Notes: a model not told the origin generated them from the letters alone. Positions 1-14,915 are shown, counted from the whole stretch's first letter. The stretch is 57,388 nucleotides of DNA, filler included, from Sluysia triapertura (GCA_046118255.1; 4 parts of 4 records of this genome joined end to end with filler, not necessarily neighbours in it); one strand, 5' to 3'. Numbers and translations are program-made.

Positions 1-71
<71 letters not shown>

Positions 72-72
72 T
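1..72. repeat. (TAA)n microsatellite
   Basis: Perfect TAA tandem run from the window start. Confidence 0.95.
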
Positions 73-3000
73 TTTGATATTAAAATTGACATTTCATTAT
101 CTACAAATTCATTTCTTTATAAATAAATTTGTAAAACTTTATTTAAACGAATATTTTATTTTATAGTAAGTTGATTGATCATTTTATGACTGGAGAATGC
201 AATTATAATACAATAATTATTATATTTATTTTATTTTGTTTAACCGTTGTATATGCCACACAAAAAGAACTATAAGGAGAATGAATAAATCATAAAATGT
301 AACTTTTGTTGAATAGGAAGTAAATGAGGGTGATATGAATTTGAAAGACAAAGCATAATGTAACATCGTTTGAGTGAAAATAGTGAAGGAATATATCTAT
401 AGTATTTTTTGAAAAGTAATACGTAACTTGGGGTTCAAAAGACCCTTGTAAAGTTTAAAACCCTTGAAGAAGCTTGGATTGGTTTGAAAAAGTTTTTAAA
501 TATAAAATATCTTTGAACTTGGAAATCATTAGACCATTTAAAATCTTTTAAGCGTTTTAGAGTATGTGAAACATTAATATGCGTTTAAGGTCTGTGAGTA
601 ACCTTGGATATTATTTGAAATCTTTAAAACATTTGGAAAGTGAGATTATTGATACTAATATTAAAGATAAATTTGATATATTAAGAGTTATCAAAGATAA
701 GTTAAAACCTATAAAATTGAGGAACATGAAAGTACCTATAAACACTGAATACTTTAAAACCCCAATAAAACATTTAAGCATAAAATAAGTTAGAGTCTAA
801 AAATAAATTAATTAATTAAAATCTTAAAGAAAAGTACGTTTTTAAATATAGCTTTTGAATACGAAATGTTATGCTAAATTATGAAAATATTATTTGACCG
901 AAATTATGTTAGGAAATCCTTAAAATTGAACAAAGTGAAATTTTAATTAACTTTCAATTATAAAATAGTAAATATTTCTTTTTAAAATGGTGAAAATATA
1001 ATGAATTAAATACAAAAGCAATTGCTGTGAAATAGTGGAATCTAAAAATGAATCTGAAATGTTTATAGAATGATCTATTTGAGAATGGGAACCTAAAACA
1101 TTTTCCATTATAAAAGTATGAATAACTTAAAATTAATTGAATTCTCAAAAATAAAGTTATGAACATTGATTAATACTAAAGATTGTTATCTTAATTATGT
1201 AATATAGGAGAAAATAAACCTAATAAAGTAAAAGGAAACAATGGTCGATCTTTACTCGAGTTTTATGTTATGTAAATAATAAAGAGTGACAAGTAGGAGC
1301 TGCTACTACCGGCTTCAAACTCAAAGGATTTTCATTTGATATATGTAAAGAAATATTTGATTGTAAAACTCAAGATTGATTGGATAATGAGAAAGTATAA
1401 AGGGTGGAGTTGTAAAATTTTATTACAATAATAAAATTTGCATATTTTTAAAGAAGATCCACAATCTGCGTATGTGATAAAATTTTAATTTTATTTATTT
1501 CATTTTAACGTAAATCTTAAATATTTTAGGAAGCTTAATCGTTAATTAAGTTAATTGCTCTTATAATATTATTCTTAATATTTTAATAATTTATTCTTAT
1601 TTTAGCGAAGTGTAAAACTCATTTTCTAATATTTTAAAATCTTATGGATTGAATAAACCGTAGTTAAATAGCTAAGGTTTACATTTTAAATTTTATATTT
1701 GATAAATTTAGTTATTAATGATAAAATTTTGATTTTATACTTTGATATTTTTTGGTTATAATATATATTTTGAATATTTGACTTTTATTGTGATAATTGA
1801 TACCTATTTGATAGAAAAGTTAAATTGTATTATTCATATTGTAGAGAATATGACTGAGGTTAAAGATTATTTTGAATTATAAGTTTTGAATTTTAAAGTT
1901 AACTCAGGGTTAAATTAGAATATTTTAAAAGACAAAACATTTCAAATGACAAATAAATAATATACTATTAAAATGTAAGTTGTGACCATTTAATTCTATA
2001 TAAATATTCCTTTTATACGATAAGAGAATTGATGAAGCCCGCGGTTTCATTCTAGCACATTAATGAATATGCAGAAATCTTATTACTTGAATATTATTGA
2101 TCTAATGAAAGCTTGCAAGGTGTTTTCGATTAAAACTTGGATAGTAATTGTATCACTAAATCAGTTCTAAATCGAGTCAAAGAAGCTATGAAGAAGATAT
2201 TAGATGTTAGTTTTCTGTAATGCAATATTTTCTAGGAATCTATATATCGTGTTACATGAAAGGAACATGTACTTAATTTAGTGAAAATTTGAATAATATG
2301 AATGAAATTATATAGAGATCAATAGTAAAGTTGATTTACCAATAGGAATTAAAGAAATTAAATATTTAAATATTAAACAATATTTATAAAAATGATTGTC
2401 CACGGTGTGAAACTATCACTCAATGAACGGAGGAGTTTTAAAATAGAAAAATTTCGATTTGAATATAGATAAGATAGACAAATTGATTGAAATGTGGCAT
2501 CATTGTAAAGAATGATTTTATTCTCATTTAACATGGAGATTCGTCGATTATCATTAAGATACTTGTTTAATTATAAGTTTGTTTGTTTTACAAGTTATTT
2601 CGGTTATTTAGATTAATAAAATCGCTCATAATTGACTGAAATAGTGTAAAATTAATTTGAATGTTTGAGAATAATACCGTAGTGATTTAGTTAATTTAGT
2701 CCTATTGTTAAGAAATACTTCGAAGAACTACTAAATGAGTTGTGTGGAACAAAATGTTCATAATAATGGATTCCTGTAAATGTTCCACTAAGCATATGCG
2801 AAATCCTGTTTTAATATTTATTTTCTTTCTATATTAGGTTCACTCTTTAATGAATATGACTGACCAAAATATCGCGATAAATACATAGAATGAAATTAAC
2901 TAATCAAAGAATTTGGTAATATAATAAGTTTATATTTGTTTTTAATGTGTTGATATAGAAAAAATGTCTTAAATAATTATTGTGATGGTCTTTATATTTA

Positions 3001-3283
3001 TCATTAAAGTTTATATAATTCATAAATTTGGAGGTTAATTTCAACTTGTTACTAGTAAAGCTGTCATAATAAATCCTTAGTAAATTAATCAATTAAAGTA
3101 TTTATTGTTATAAAATAATATAATAAAGTTTCACATATGTCTAACAAATGATGAGCTAAGTTACGTTAACTAAAAATAGATAAACGGATAAAGTTATTTT
3201 AAACTTCATTTTTTTATTAAGTTACTGTACTTACTAAACAAAGATTGAGAAGAATCGTAATTAAATAAAAGTGTTAAAATGCA

Positions 3284-3284
3284 A

Positions 3285-3331
<47 letters not shown>
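3284..3331. repeat. Compound (AC)n(AT)n microsatellite
   Basis: An acacac... run followed directly by an atatat... run. Confidence 0.9.
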
Positions 3332-3332
<1 letters not shown>

Positions 3333-3513
3333 TGTAATTATTTTTTTGTTTGTGTTTGTTAATGTTCATTATTTCTCAAACCTCAAACCTCAAATATTCA
3401 GTACTTTTTAATTTAAAAAATATTAATTAAATTAAAAAATAAATAGTAGTAAATAAACTACTTACTATTATTAATATTATCATTATCACCATCACCATCA
3501 CCATCAACTCATA

Positions 3514-3760
3514 ATTAGTTTGACATGCACTGAAATTCATTGGTAATTATTAATATAAATTATCATTTATCTTTTATTTTATGTATTAAGTTACCATATG
3601 ACATAGGGCCTATATCTTTATAAAATTGAAAAATTATCCGTGACATGAGTGATGTTTGGAATTTACCTGATATTCTGCACTGAAGATAACGATATATTTG
3701 AAATATTGAAACTAAATCATGATGATGATATTTGCACTTGCTCATTCATGTCAAACTAAT
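3514..3760. mobile_element. Candidate MITE (~247 bp) with 14-bp terminal inverted repeats
   Basis: ATTAGTTTGACATG (3514-3527) is the exact reverse complement of CATGTCAAACTAAT (3747-3760). The interior is non-coding and the TSD is unclear (possibly TA). Confidence 0.5.
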
Positions 3761-6700
3761 GCATCCGAAGTTAATGAAGCTAGATTATATTCATGTTTGT
3801 ATGTTTAGATTTAAATTGCAAAGTTTAATGAAACAGTAGATAGTATTATATTGTTTCACTACAAAACTTATAAATTTAATGAGGTTTTATCTTTTAGTAA
3901 TCTCGTTAATTAGCAGCACATATTGACAAATGAAGATGTTTAAGTTATTGTCAAGAATTAAATATTTTACAATATTGAACTTAACAAATTTAAATTAATA
4001 TTTGAATTTTATGTTGCGATGAAGCGTGATAAATATGTTACAAATACAGTTTCAAGACAATTTAAAATGTAATTAATTATGTTAATCCTACTACTGATAA
4101 TATCTTTATTCAAATATTACAAAATAATTAATGTTTCTTTGCTTTGCAGTAATTATCTTAAATAATATTATAAAAATCTCAAAAAAATCCTTTTGCAGTT
4201 AGTTCCTACTTTTTTACTAACTTTGTTTTGTTTTATGATCAGTGTTATTTTAATAAAAGAACGATATGTTCATCAACTTGTGATTTAAGTTCCCAAAATG
4301 AATGTTCAAAAGTTTTATTTTTGAAGGTTTATTTCAATTTTAAGTCGTGTACAGTTAATAATTATTTCAACAAAGACCTTAAATGCAAAGTGTTTTTCTT
4401 GAGCACCATAAGTGACACGATCAATTCTTTATGTTTACTAATGAGTCTTCGACTTTTTTAATTTCTGTAATAATAAATATCGAGTTTGTATGTTAATTGA
4501 TAAACTAGTAAAGTCGATAAATAGAATTTTTATTTATTGATTATTTTTAGCACAGTCTATTTTAGTATAAATCTATTTTATTTTGATTAATAATTATTGA
4601 TTAATAATTAATTTTAATTTTTAAAGGAATTATTATTTAAATTTAAAAGTGAGTCTACTTTAATGATTATGGAATCAAATTTAATAAAGAAATGCAAAAT
4701 ATATTTATATTTTTGTTTGAGTTTCGACCTTCACGGTCAAACTCATAGTATAAATATGTAATATAAAAACCTTTAAAATTACAACAAAATTTTTATGATT
4801 ACAAATTTTTATAAACTTTTGAAAGAAGATTTCACCAGATAATATCATTCAACTGAATGTTTTTCTTCGACATAAATTGAATCTCGCAGGACAATTTTAT
4901 CTCTTAGAATAAAAAGAATTAAAACTATCGTTAGTTATTTCTTAATAAGCTTTTAGGCAAACATTTATTTATACTTAAATTATACTTAAAATCATATTTT
5001 ATACATTTTCTCGCTATCCGATAAAACGAATGCTAATTAAAATTCATTTTAACATTATGTTGTGATTATTTTTGATTATAACAATGAATTGATAACAATG
5101 ATTTGTATTAGTAATTGAACTTTTGTATTTATAACATTTTTATAGTTTTTAACTTTAGATTTTGTTAAATTTTATTGATAAATTGGATATTTATTATTTT
5201 GGAAATTTAGAATTAATTAATTTATGGTAAGTTATATTTTAATATTATTTTAAAGTAACATTTTATTTTTTAAATGTAATTAATTAATATTTTAATATTA
5301 TTTTTAAAGTGATTAATATTTTAATATTATTTTTAATTTTAATTGTTTATCTAAAGTGTCAAGGTTGACAGATGAAAAAGTATAAAAAGAATTACAATTT
5401 TTACAAAACTCACACAACAGTAAAATTTTAAATTATTAACATAATCAATTGGCGGATCAACTTTGGTAATTCTCGATAATAAAACCTTAAAACAAGATTT
5501 GGCTTCTCTTAGCAATTTATTGAACAAACAATTTTTATCTGTCAACTGTACACGTTAGATTATTTTTGTTAAGGTTGATATTATTTAATATCATTGTAAA
5601 ATCTAAGTAAACTTATATCTGTTTTAATGTTTATGATCTTATCACAGATCATTGAAAAATCTTTTTTAAAAATTCTATTCAAGTTTGAATTACATTAGTA
5701 ATTTGTGAAAAATTTGTATTATTATCATTTTATTATTATATTTTTTTGTATAATAAACCTTCCTGAACAAACGTGTTGAGTTATAACTGAATAAATAAAA
5801 TAATTCTTAATTAAAAGATAAAGAATCCTTATTATAGGATTCATGCAAAATTATTTTTAAGTTAATAGGATAGATTAGTCAAGAAGTTCTGAGACTTTAT
5901 TAAAACACAACGGCTGGCCCTTGCTGGTAAGTCCAGTACGTTAGTGAACTCACAATATAATACCGTTTATTCTATATTAATTTCGCTGATATTATACAAG
6001 ATTTTTGCCCACCATAGTTTACTGTACAGTTTTAACATAATTAACATCATATTCGTTAAGCCTGTGCACACGAAGCCATAAATTAGCAGTTATATGATTA
6101 AAAACTAAAAATCACCAAAGTAATATAAGATAAAAAAATATTGATAAGTTATTTTCTGAGATATCGTTGGTACACTCCTACATGGGTGCTCACCATTAGA
6201 TCGTAAGACTCTGTATAGGCGGAGTAAGAAACACCTACTACAAAACATAAATTAATTAAGTGCGAAAAAATGAATGCCTAAATAAGTTTATTCTTGAAGC
6301 TGCTCGAATAATTGTGATTATGCAACATTGGCGTTTTATGAAACCAATATATAATTTAAATTTAATAGTTTTCGGATTTAATATGAATTTGTCCGAAATA
6401 ATAATCACAATAAATACATAATAATAATTCATATAAAAATAATTATGAAAGTAATTTATATAAAGCGATCAAATCAAATTTCAAACATTTTCTAATTTTC
6501 TAAATAAATAAATCCGAATAATATTAATAATAATAAAAATAATAATAAAAATAATGATAATAATGATAATAATACCTTATTCTCAATTAAATCTAGTTCC
6601 ATTACCAAATCATTATCATTATCATTCCGCAATAATTTCTCTAATGAATTTGGCAAGGAAAATAAAAGCGCCATATCATCAAAATAAATTAAATAATCAT

Positions 6701-6913
6701 GGGATATCTACTTATGTATTAGTGTTATATTCATATACATAGTTTTTAGTTTTCTATATTTCTATAATTGAAAACAATTTTGATACAAAACTGAAGTAAT
6801 TTCATTGGTTCTACTCAACTATAAATGAAACCAATTAACTATGGATACTCATACAGTTGTTTAAATTAACCTGTTTGCAGTAGTATTGTTATTTGAAATT
6901 TTGTTTTGACCAG

Positions 6914-9238
6914 ATGGCTTATGGTGGACATTTGTTTTTAAAACTAACTTTATTGCAAAATGTTCTATTTATAATTGGAATTTATTCTAGAGAATTAAGG
7001 TATGCAATTGATGAAGAAAAACCTATTGGAACTTATATTGGAAATATTTTAAAAGATTCTCTTGAATTATCTTCACATTATGCATTCAATTTACATACAT
7101 TTGAAAAATCTGACAGATATTTACACATTAATTTGACGACTGGTGAAATTTTCTCAAAAATTCGAATAGATAGAGAAGAACTATGTAATGATGATTCTCT
7201 TACGAAATCAAAATGCCAGTTATATTTTTCGGTAGAATTCAAAAAGAGTAATTTATGGATTAATGTATTTATACAAATTAATGATATTAATGATAATAAG
7301 CCTAAATTTAAAAAAGCAATATATGATTTTGCTATTGAAGAGGATAAAAAAATCGGTTATATGATATCGTTAGAAGTTGCTACTGATGATGATTTTGGAA
7401 TTAATAGAGAGATAACTTACAAATTAATTCATAGTATACCAGAATTTGAGTTAATTACTGCACCAGATGGTGGATTAAATTTAAGAATTAATAAGGAATT
7501 AGATTATGAAAATCCATCTTTAAGAAATGTAGATTTGGATTTATATGCATGTGATAATGGTGTAAAACGATTGTGCAGTTCTACAAAACTACGTATTAAA
7601 TTGATTGATATTAATGACAATGCGCCTGTGTTTGAAAAATCTAATTATGAAATCATCGTAAATGAAACTGTGTCTACAGGTAATATCATTTTAGAGCTTA
7701 AAGCAACCGATGCAGATTCAGGTATAATGGGTCAAATAAAATATTCATTATCTAATGATTTAAATTCTAATTATATAAGTTATTTTTCCATATTTAATTA
7801 CGGTCAATTACGTGTTAGAAGACCATTGACAGATCTTGTAAATCAAAAAATCCAAATGAAAGTAATTGCACAAGATTATGGCAATTCACCTCTGTCATCT
7901 AGTTGTTCTGTGACTATTAATATTGTTGATATTAACAATCATGCTCCAACAATTAAGTTAACTCCATCTAATTTATGCGTCTATGAAAATGAGCCTATTG
8001 ATACCTACATTGGTTTATTGGTTGTTAATGATGATGATGATGGTGAATTTAATGGAGAAGCTGAATGTACTTTAATGCACAATCCATATATTAAAATGGT
8101 ATGGAAAAACAAACTCATAAAAATGAACGTATATAAGTTATTTACAAAAGAATTATTAGATAGAGAAAAAATACACCTTATACCAATATCAATTCAATGC
8201 ACTGACAAAAGTCCAACAAATCCTCTATCAAAAATGTACAATATATCAGTTTCAGTTCGTGATCGTAATGAATTTAAACCTAAAATTATTAATACAGATT
8301 TAAACGTAAATTTGTACGAAAATATTGAATTATCTACTCAATTTTTCCAATTATATTCAACGGATTTAGATGCGACATCTGAACATCGTTATGAGTTAGA
8401 ATACAATTATACAGAATTTTCCATTAATCCATATACTGGTTGGTTATTAGTCCAACAATTACTTGATCGTGAAAAAGTAGATTTTTATCGATTATCCTGT
8501 CTTGTTATTGATCAATTATCTAATATAACTTACACTACTAAAGTCACAATTGAAATTCGTGTACTCGATGTTAATGATAATGAACCAGTTTTAAAAATTC
8601 CGAAATTGTTTAAAGTTGAAGAAAACAATGACTTAAGTGAAAATAACGTATTATCAATTGGGCGTATATTCGGAAATGATCCAGATGCCGGTGAGAATGG
8701 TACTCTTTCGTATTATTTATTACGAGTTTGGATAGGCAAAGGTATTAATAAAGGTGTAGATATTAAAGAAAAGTTATTCGATATTGAAACAAGTACTGGC
8801 AAAATTAATTTGTATCAAAAATTAGATCGAGAAGAAAATGAAGAATATAGTTTACTAGTGAAAATTGTCGATAATGGTAATGTTGTTAAATTCAGTACTA
8901 CCGATACAATATGTGTACGAGTCTTAGACGTGAATGATAATGCTCCAATTTGGGATTATAAAGATCAAAATTATAACACAAAACCGTTTAAAATTTCGAC
9001 AGATGATAAATTTCTTAACCCAGTAAAAGAAGTCAATATTACTTTATCTCCGGATCTTCTTAATCGACCTATATTTCAATTACGTGCCAAGGACAGAGAC
9101 AGTTTTGAAAGTGGTGGCAACGTTACATTTCTCATATTACCTCCTCGAGCAGATAACATGGTACGTCTAAATGCAGTAACTGGTGAGATTTATGTGACCA
9201 AGTTTGTAAAGGAAGGTATTTTGGAGTTACATTTTAAA
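6914..9238 (+). CDS. Protocadherin (delta-1-like, 7 cadherin repeats), large first coding exon; remaining exons not seen before the contig end
   Basis: ATG at 6914 followed by a signal-peptide-like segment. EC1 carries DREELC...C. Repeat linkers are DINDNKP, DINDNAP, DINNHAP, DRNEFKP, DVNDNEP, DVNDNAP, with LDRE/LDYE and AxDxD Ca-binding motifs. The 7th repeat is cut by a phase-0 donor AAA|GTGAGT at 9238/9239. Confidence 0.93.
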
Positions 9239-11830
9239 GTGAGTAATTTTAATTACGTATTTTGTTTGTCACATTAAGTTTTATATAAAGTGATTTATGA
9301 ATTTTGTAAAATAAATCAATAAAACATTTTACAAAAGAATAATAAGAAATGATCGCAATGAAACGTATAATTTTTAAAAGGCAAATTTGCGATTGAATGT
9401 TATAGAAGAAACTTTAAATTAGTAGTAACATAAATAGAATATTTTCAAAGATTCTAAATCGTCTTTGAAAACAATTATAAAACTATTTTTGAAAATTAAA
9501 AATAACAAAATCGATATTACAACTTGAGAAAAATTAAAATGTTTTGCTGATTATATTGAGTTATTTTGTTCACAGAGGTGTCATTCAGTATTATTTTTTT
9601 AAATCAAAATATAATTTATATTCAAACTAGGTATGTTCCATTAATAATAGTATTAAAATGTTTTAAATCTTCAAATCAAAAGCATGTCACAATCAAATCG
9701 AATAGTTTTAATCATTTAAATATTTCTTGTTAAATTTCATATAAAAATATACTGAATATCAACCATTATTGAAGGATATTAAGTGTTAAGTTACTTGAAG
9801 ATGTATCAGGAAAAGGGTTAGGTTATTAAAACTCCAAAATGTTCAATATTACTGGGATTTCGTTAAAAATTTGGAATCTTTTTCCGAAGAAAAAGCTAAA
9901 CATTTTTATCAAGATATAAAAGTATCCGAAGTAAGATACCAGAATCAATACAGTGAAAAGATGATTCATGTAACAAATCAAATGCATAAATGTAAATCAA
10001 TAAACCAATCCAATTTGTAATGCACAGTTATACTCATTAAAATATTATTTTGCATAAATATTAAATTTAGGTATATGTATTGTCTTTTGAATATTTCCAA
10101 TCACATTTTAAATACAGTCGTGATAACAAATCACGAAATAGCGAAAAAACTGTATCCCAAAAAAGCATATTGATATTTTAATTCAATTTAGTAATATGTC
10201 TAAATATAGTTTAAGTAGTCTTTAACGTAAAAATATAATATGAAAACAAAGAATTTTGTTTTGGAAAGAAATAAACAATTGTTATATATTTTCATATGAA
10301 TTTTAAAGATAAAAATAAAGGAAAATATTTTTAGATAAATTTATTTTTATTTATTTAAACTGAATGTTTTGTCTCAAAAATATTTAAAATTGATTTCTTG
10401 TTTTTATATATTCAATAAAATAGTATGATAATGAATATATCTTTTGGCTGCATATATTGAAAATGTTTTAAGTGATTAGGATTGTTCCTAATTTCATTAC
10501 TTTCAATTCATTTGAATTCAGTGCATTCCAACTTTTTACATACTCAAAAAATTAAATAATAAGTTTTAAGTAACTTATTCACATTAATTATTTATTATTG
10601 ATAAGACTTATTGAATGACCAAATAAGAGTATTGTGTACCTGTGCGAATGTATGGTCCTTTAGTTGCACGAATAATGACCAAAATATTGACGATCAAAAT
10701 GTGGGAATTATTGAACAAATGAATTCAATAGATTCTATAATGTGCAAAAACTATTGTTAAGTAATAACGGATAGCAAGAGTAACCAATAAGTCGATCACT
10801 CACACTCCTTCAACCGAACGCTATGTATGAACGTAACGCGCAAACACAAACTTATGTATTTCACATAACCCCTTCCCAACTTAGATTATGCCTATGACAA
10901 CTCGATTGCGACAAAAAGTAGATCTTACGTACACAAAAGTTGGTCAATTTGACTTAAAATATAAAATTATTTATTTTTAAAACCAAGCAATAAATAAATG
11001 AAATGAATTATTATCGATCCAAAAACTAAATAAAATTTATATCCATAATTATTTATCAAATAATAATCAAATGCTGTTTAAATGGATTTAAAAAATTATC
11101 TGTCGAATGATAACCAAATATGATTTATTTCTTTTTGTTCTGTCACTCTCTAACTAATTGTTTCATTTCTGATTTGTAGTTTATTTTACTTTGTAGCATG
11201 ATTTATTATTAATTTCTAAGGTTAATTTATTGTATTATACGATTAATGTCTTTCTATAGATAGTGAATTTCATTCTATATATGTGCCAATCTACATATTA
11301 AATGTCTGTTACTATATCTATTTGGCAATATTATGATTTACAAATACATTCATGCATTGCCTTTCTAGCTATTTGTTGGTTTGTATTAGTCTGTTAGTTA
11401 TTTGGCTCTTCGTTTCTAGATTTTTTTATTTTAGTAATTCGTGAATTTTTAGTTGTTTTCCAATTTATTTACTTTATGATTTTATAAAAATAAAAATAGA
11501 AATGAATAAGTAAAATAATTATAAATTTTAAAAATAAAATAAAATTCAGAAAACTAAATAAATGATATAGATATTTAAACTCAATTAGCAATAAAACTGA
11601 AAGAGTCAAATGTGATTAGTTATAATAAATACATAAAGATAATTCATTCTGAACGAATATTGATTCAAAAAATTAGATTTGTAAATATTTAAGATTAAAT
11701 TAAAGAATTTTGTTAAGATGGATTATGAATCATCTAAAAAATATTAACTAAATCCAATTTCTTCTCATCAGTTGCTAACAAATTTTCAATAATATTGCAC
11801 ATAACGATTGGTTTTAAAGAAAAGTTGCCA

Positions 11831-11930
11831 NNNNNNNNNNNNNNNNNNNNNNNNNNNNNNNNNNNNNNNNNNNNTTAATTAATTAANNNNNNNNNNNNNN
11901 NNNNNNNNNNNNNNNNNNNNNNNNNNNNNN
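11831..11930. other. Artificial contig linker (44 N + TTAATTAATTAA + 44 N)
   Basis: An identical 100-nt spacer with stops in all six frames occurs three times in the window. Confidence 0.97.
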
Positions 11931-12104
11931 TTGCTGTTTAATATAATAAAGTTAAATTTATCTTTGTTTAATTTGTGCGTTAAATGTAATTTAATGGCCT
12001 TATTTCAATGTTCACATTCAAACATGTTTTTATTTTAAAATATAATAAAAGTTTAATGTTTTGGCTTAAATCTGTGTTAAATGCTTAAATATTTATAACG
12101 CCCT

Positions 12105-12500
12105 AATCAAAACGGGAAAAGGATTTAACATTTATCCAGAATTGTAACCAAACCGCACCAGCGCTCTTTTCTAAATCGCCAAGCTCCACCTTTAAGACTT
12201 CTCTGAAATCTAATTTTTCATCTACTTCTTCTATTACTAAACATAATACGACATCCGATTCTAGGTTGGAACCACGACATCTACCACACAAAGAAACTGA
12301 AAGCAGCCAACTATAAATGAAGCGTTTCTCGAAGTGCGATCCATCACATCGTCCCAAACCCTCCAAAACCCGACTACGACTATGCAACGCCAAAGGGGTC
12401 ATATTTTCATCCTCCGAAGAAGATATGGAAACCACCTTTCGGCAATGTTACGCAATCTCCGCAGTAGTCCGCACCATTCGACTATATTCTATCCGATGAT
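12105..12500 (+). mobile_element. Possible decayed LINE ORF1 (I/Nimb-like) fragment
   Basis: GC-richer island. The + frame reads LTFIQ...LFSKSPSSTFKTSL...*...CNAKGVIF...EEDME, resembling the LSKLSPF...N..KGVI pattern of I/Nimb ORF1 proteins; contains an internal stop. Confidence 0.3.
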
Positions 12501-13875
12501 CACTCACCTGTGGATTTGGATTTCGACGAATATGTTTAACTTTGATTCTTATCGTGAATAACTGTTACCTTTTCATGATACATTGATCATACTGTTTGTG
12601 ATTTGCGGACAAATCTTTCCGTTGTGTTTAGTTTTAATTTGTCTTAATGTTTAATTTATGAATCTATTTAATAAATTGATTATTATTATAAAAATTAAAC
12701 TTAATAAAATAAAATTTAATACATTTAATAAAGAGATAATAAAAATATTAATTTAATTAAATAAAGAATCTAAATTTTGTTTTAAAGAAATATTATACAT
12801 CTAACTTATTTTATTAAATCAAAATAATTGATTTTCAATAAGGCTTCCGCAATAGAAGTTTGACTATTTAAATGGCTGAATTTCTATTGAGGTCGCCAGA
12901 AAGAAAATTATATTCGTCCAAGACAATATCCATGCATAAGTAATTTGTTAAGCGAAGATTAAAAATATTTCTTAAAATATTGATTATTGAACACTAGATC
13001 TTAAAGGCTAGCTTAACCTTTAATTAAAATCTTGAATCATTATTAAGGAGTTAAGTAATTAATTTTATTATCATTATTATTATTGTTCATTATTTATTAC
13101 TAGTTGTTAAGCATTTTTTGACTAATAAATTTTAATTATTTTTTTAATTCTTTAATTTAAAATATTGATTTATCTGCTAGATCATAAAGGCTAATAACAT
13201 CTCTATAAAATTAATTTTTACATCAGTAATGAGTCTTGTAATATATCATATAACATTATTTTTCAAAGCTACGATGTAACCTTCATTCATTTATATCTCT
13301 TCTTTGGGCTTTATTTTGTCTTTGTCTTTATATTATTAATTTATTATATTCATTTAATTTCTTTAAAAAATTAGTAACACCAGATACAAAACTAATGAAG
13401 AATGATGAAAATTTTGATTAAAATGAAATAGATATACTAAATAAAAGTTTATTTGGACTTAAAATTGCCACGATTATATTCTCAGAAGAATACCATTGTC
13501 TCGGTAATCAAAACATTGAGGATTGAACAAAACACGATCTTGTTAGTTTGTTGTAAATGTGTAACAACTAATAGATGAGTTTGCCGAATTTGGTATTGCA
13601 TATAAATTTGATAATAAGTTGGAAATACATTCACTATGGTCATCATAACTTAACTTGGAGTAGACAGGTCGTTGGTAATCAAAAACTCCATTGTCATATA
13701 TACATTTTTAGCCGTATCTGATACATTGACCTGTATCTGTCGACCCATAAATACATAGCGTGGTTTTGTAATGTCATGGATGATATATGTCTTCAATGTT
13801 TCTGATAATTATGCGCGCGTATTGTTTATTATCTTCATTTGTCATACTACTCGATCTTGAAGGAGTATCAGTAGC

Positions 13876-14484
13876 CTATAAAACTTGATTGTTACTAAAT
13901 GGTTCAGTAGAAAAATTAGGCATTTGATTTACAGTTGAAATTGAATGGCCAGCTCGTGCTACGCTTAGTGTTATTTGAACTAGAAGCAGCTGATAAAACC
14001 TCTGCATTGGTATATCAGTATAAGTTGTTGATAACGAATATTGTAGTTGTTGCTCCATGATGCGGCATTTATTTTCTAAATTAGCATTTGTATTACTTTT
14101 ACTTAACTCATCTAGATGTTCAACAGTTTTTTTGTAACATAACTGAAGGCCATGTCTCATTGTTGGAACAACCTCACATAATTCTGTATAACTACTTTTA
14201 ATATTAGCTCTTCGCTTTCTTTCTAATTGATTATAATGATTCTTTTTCAATCTACTATTATCTGATAAATCTCCACATGTAATTGAACTTGAGTACGTAT
14301 GAGTTTGATGATGATCATCGTCGTAATAATCTTCATAAACATGATCATCATTATCACAATCGTCGTCAAAACTGTTTAATTTTTTAAATTTCTTAGATAA
14401 AAGTGGGACCGCAAATACATGGCTGCTGCTACTGGAAGCGGACCTTAAGTAACAAAATGTGACGAACACAACTTTGAAATTCAT
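13876..14484 (-). pseudogene. MAX: Max-like bHLH-Zip decayed copy (chimeric 202-aa ORF)
   Basis: KKNHYNQLERKRRANIKSSYTELCEVVPTMR matches the Max basic/helix-1 region (HHNALERKRRDHIKDSF). The helix-2 start SVMLQK lies in a shifted frame that is restored by an extra A in an A7 run. The zipper is shortened. The first ~32 codons are the antisense of a gag remnant. Confidence 0.75.
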
Positions 14485-14870
14485 CAGGGCAGCATCGTCT
14501 TAACAATTTATCTAGCGGTGGTTATAAGCTCGAAAATTTCAGGATGTTTGAGGGCAATAAATCCTTTCGATGAATTGAAAGAAGTCCTCATGAAACATTT
14601 CAGTCCTAATGTGAATCAGTCATTCTACGAATATTTCAAAATCCAGTCACTTCGATCACTGGAGTCATTAGAATTTCTGAAGAATATTAAAAATGATTTG
14701 GAACCTCTAAGATGCGTAACTAAGGAAGACCAATATGTGCTTAAAAAATTGTTTTAAAATGTCTTACCACCTCAGGTACAAGTAGTCCTGGCTGGTAGCC
14801 TAGAAGATAATACAGAAAAGTTGGCAGATCTCGCGGACAAATCCCAAGTCTACATTCGAGAATACCAACA
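14390..14870 (+). mobile_element. Gypsy (CsRn1-like) gag remnant
   Basis: SGTANTWLLLLEA...TLKFIRAASS...NPFDELKEVLMKHFS...LKKLF*NVLPPQVQVVLAG...EKLADLADK, with stops. Homologous to the gag at 53400-53750. Confidence 0.8.
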
Positions 14871-14915
14871 AATCAAACTCGGTGATAGACTCAAGTAGCC
14901 AGTCAAAAAAAATTC

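Noticed and set aside
1-72. Terminal TAA run as a telomere
   Set aside because: The same trinucleotide occurs internally (20242-20309) and is not a G-rich telomeric motif.
420-1470. Periodic LKSLKHL-like peptide and a C2H2-like DICKEIF segment
   Set aside because: Multiple stops and no assignable family; possibly a decayed gene, but unsupported.
11875-11886. Recurrent palindrome TTAATTAATTAA inside N-runs
   Set aside because: Identical, centred in exactly 100-nt gaps and stops all six frames: an assembly linker, not biology.
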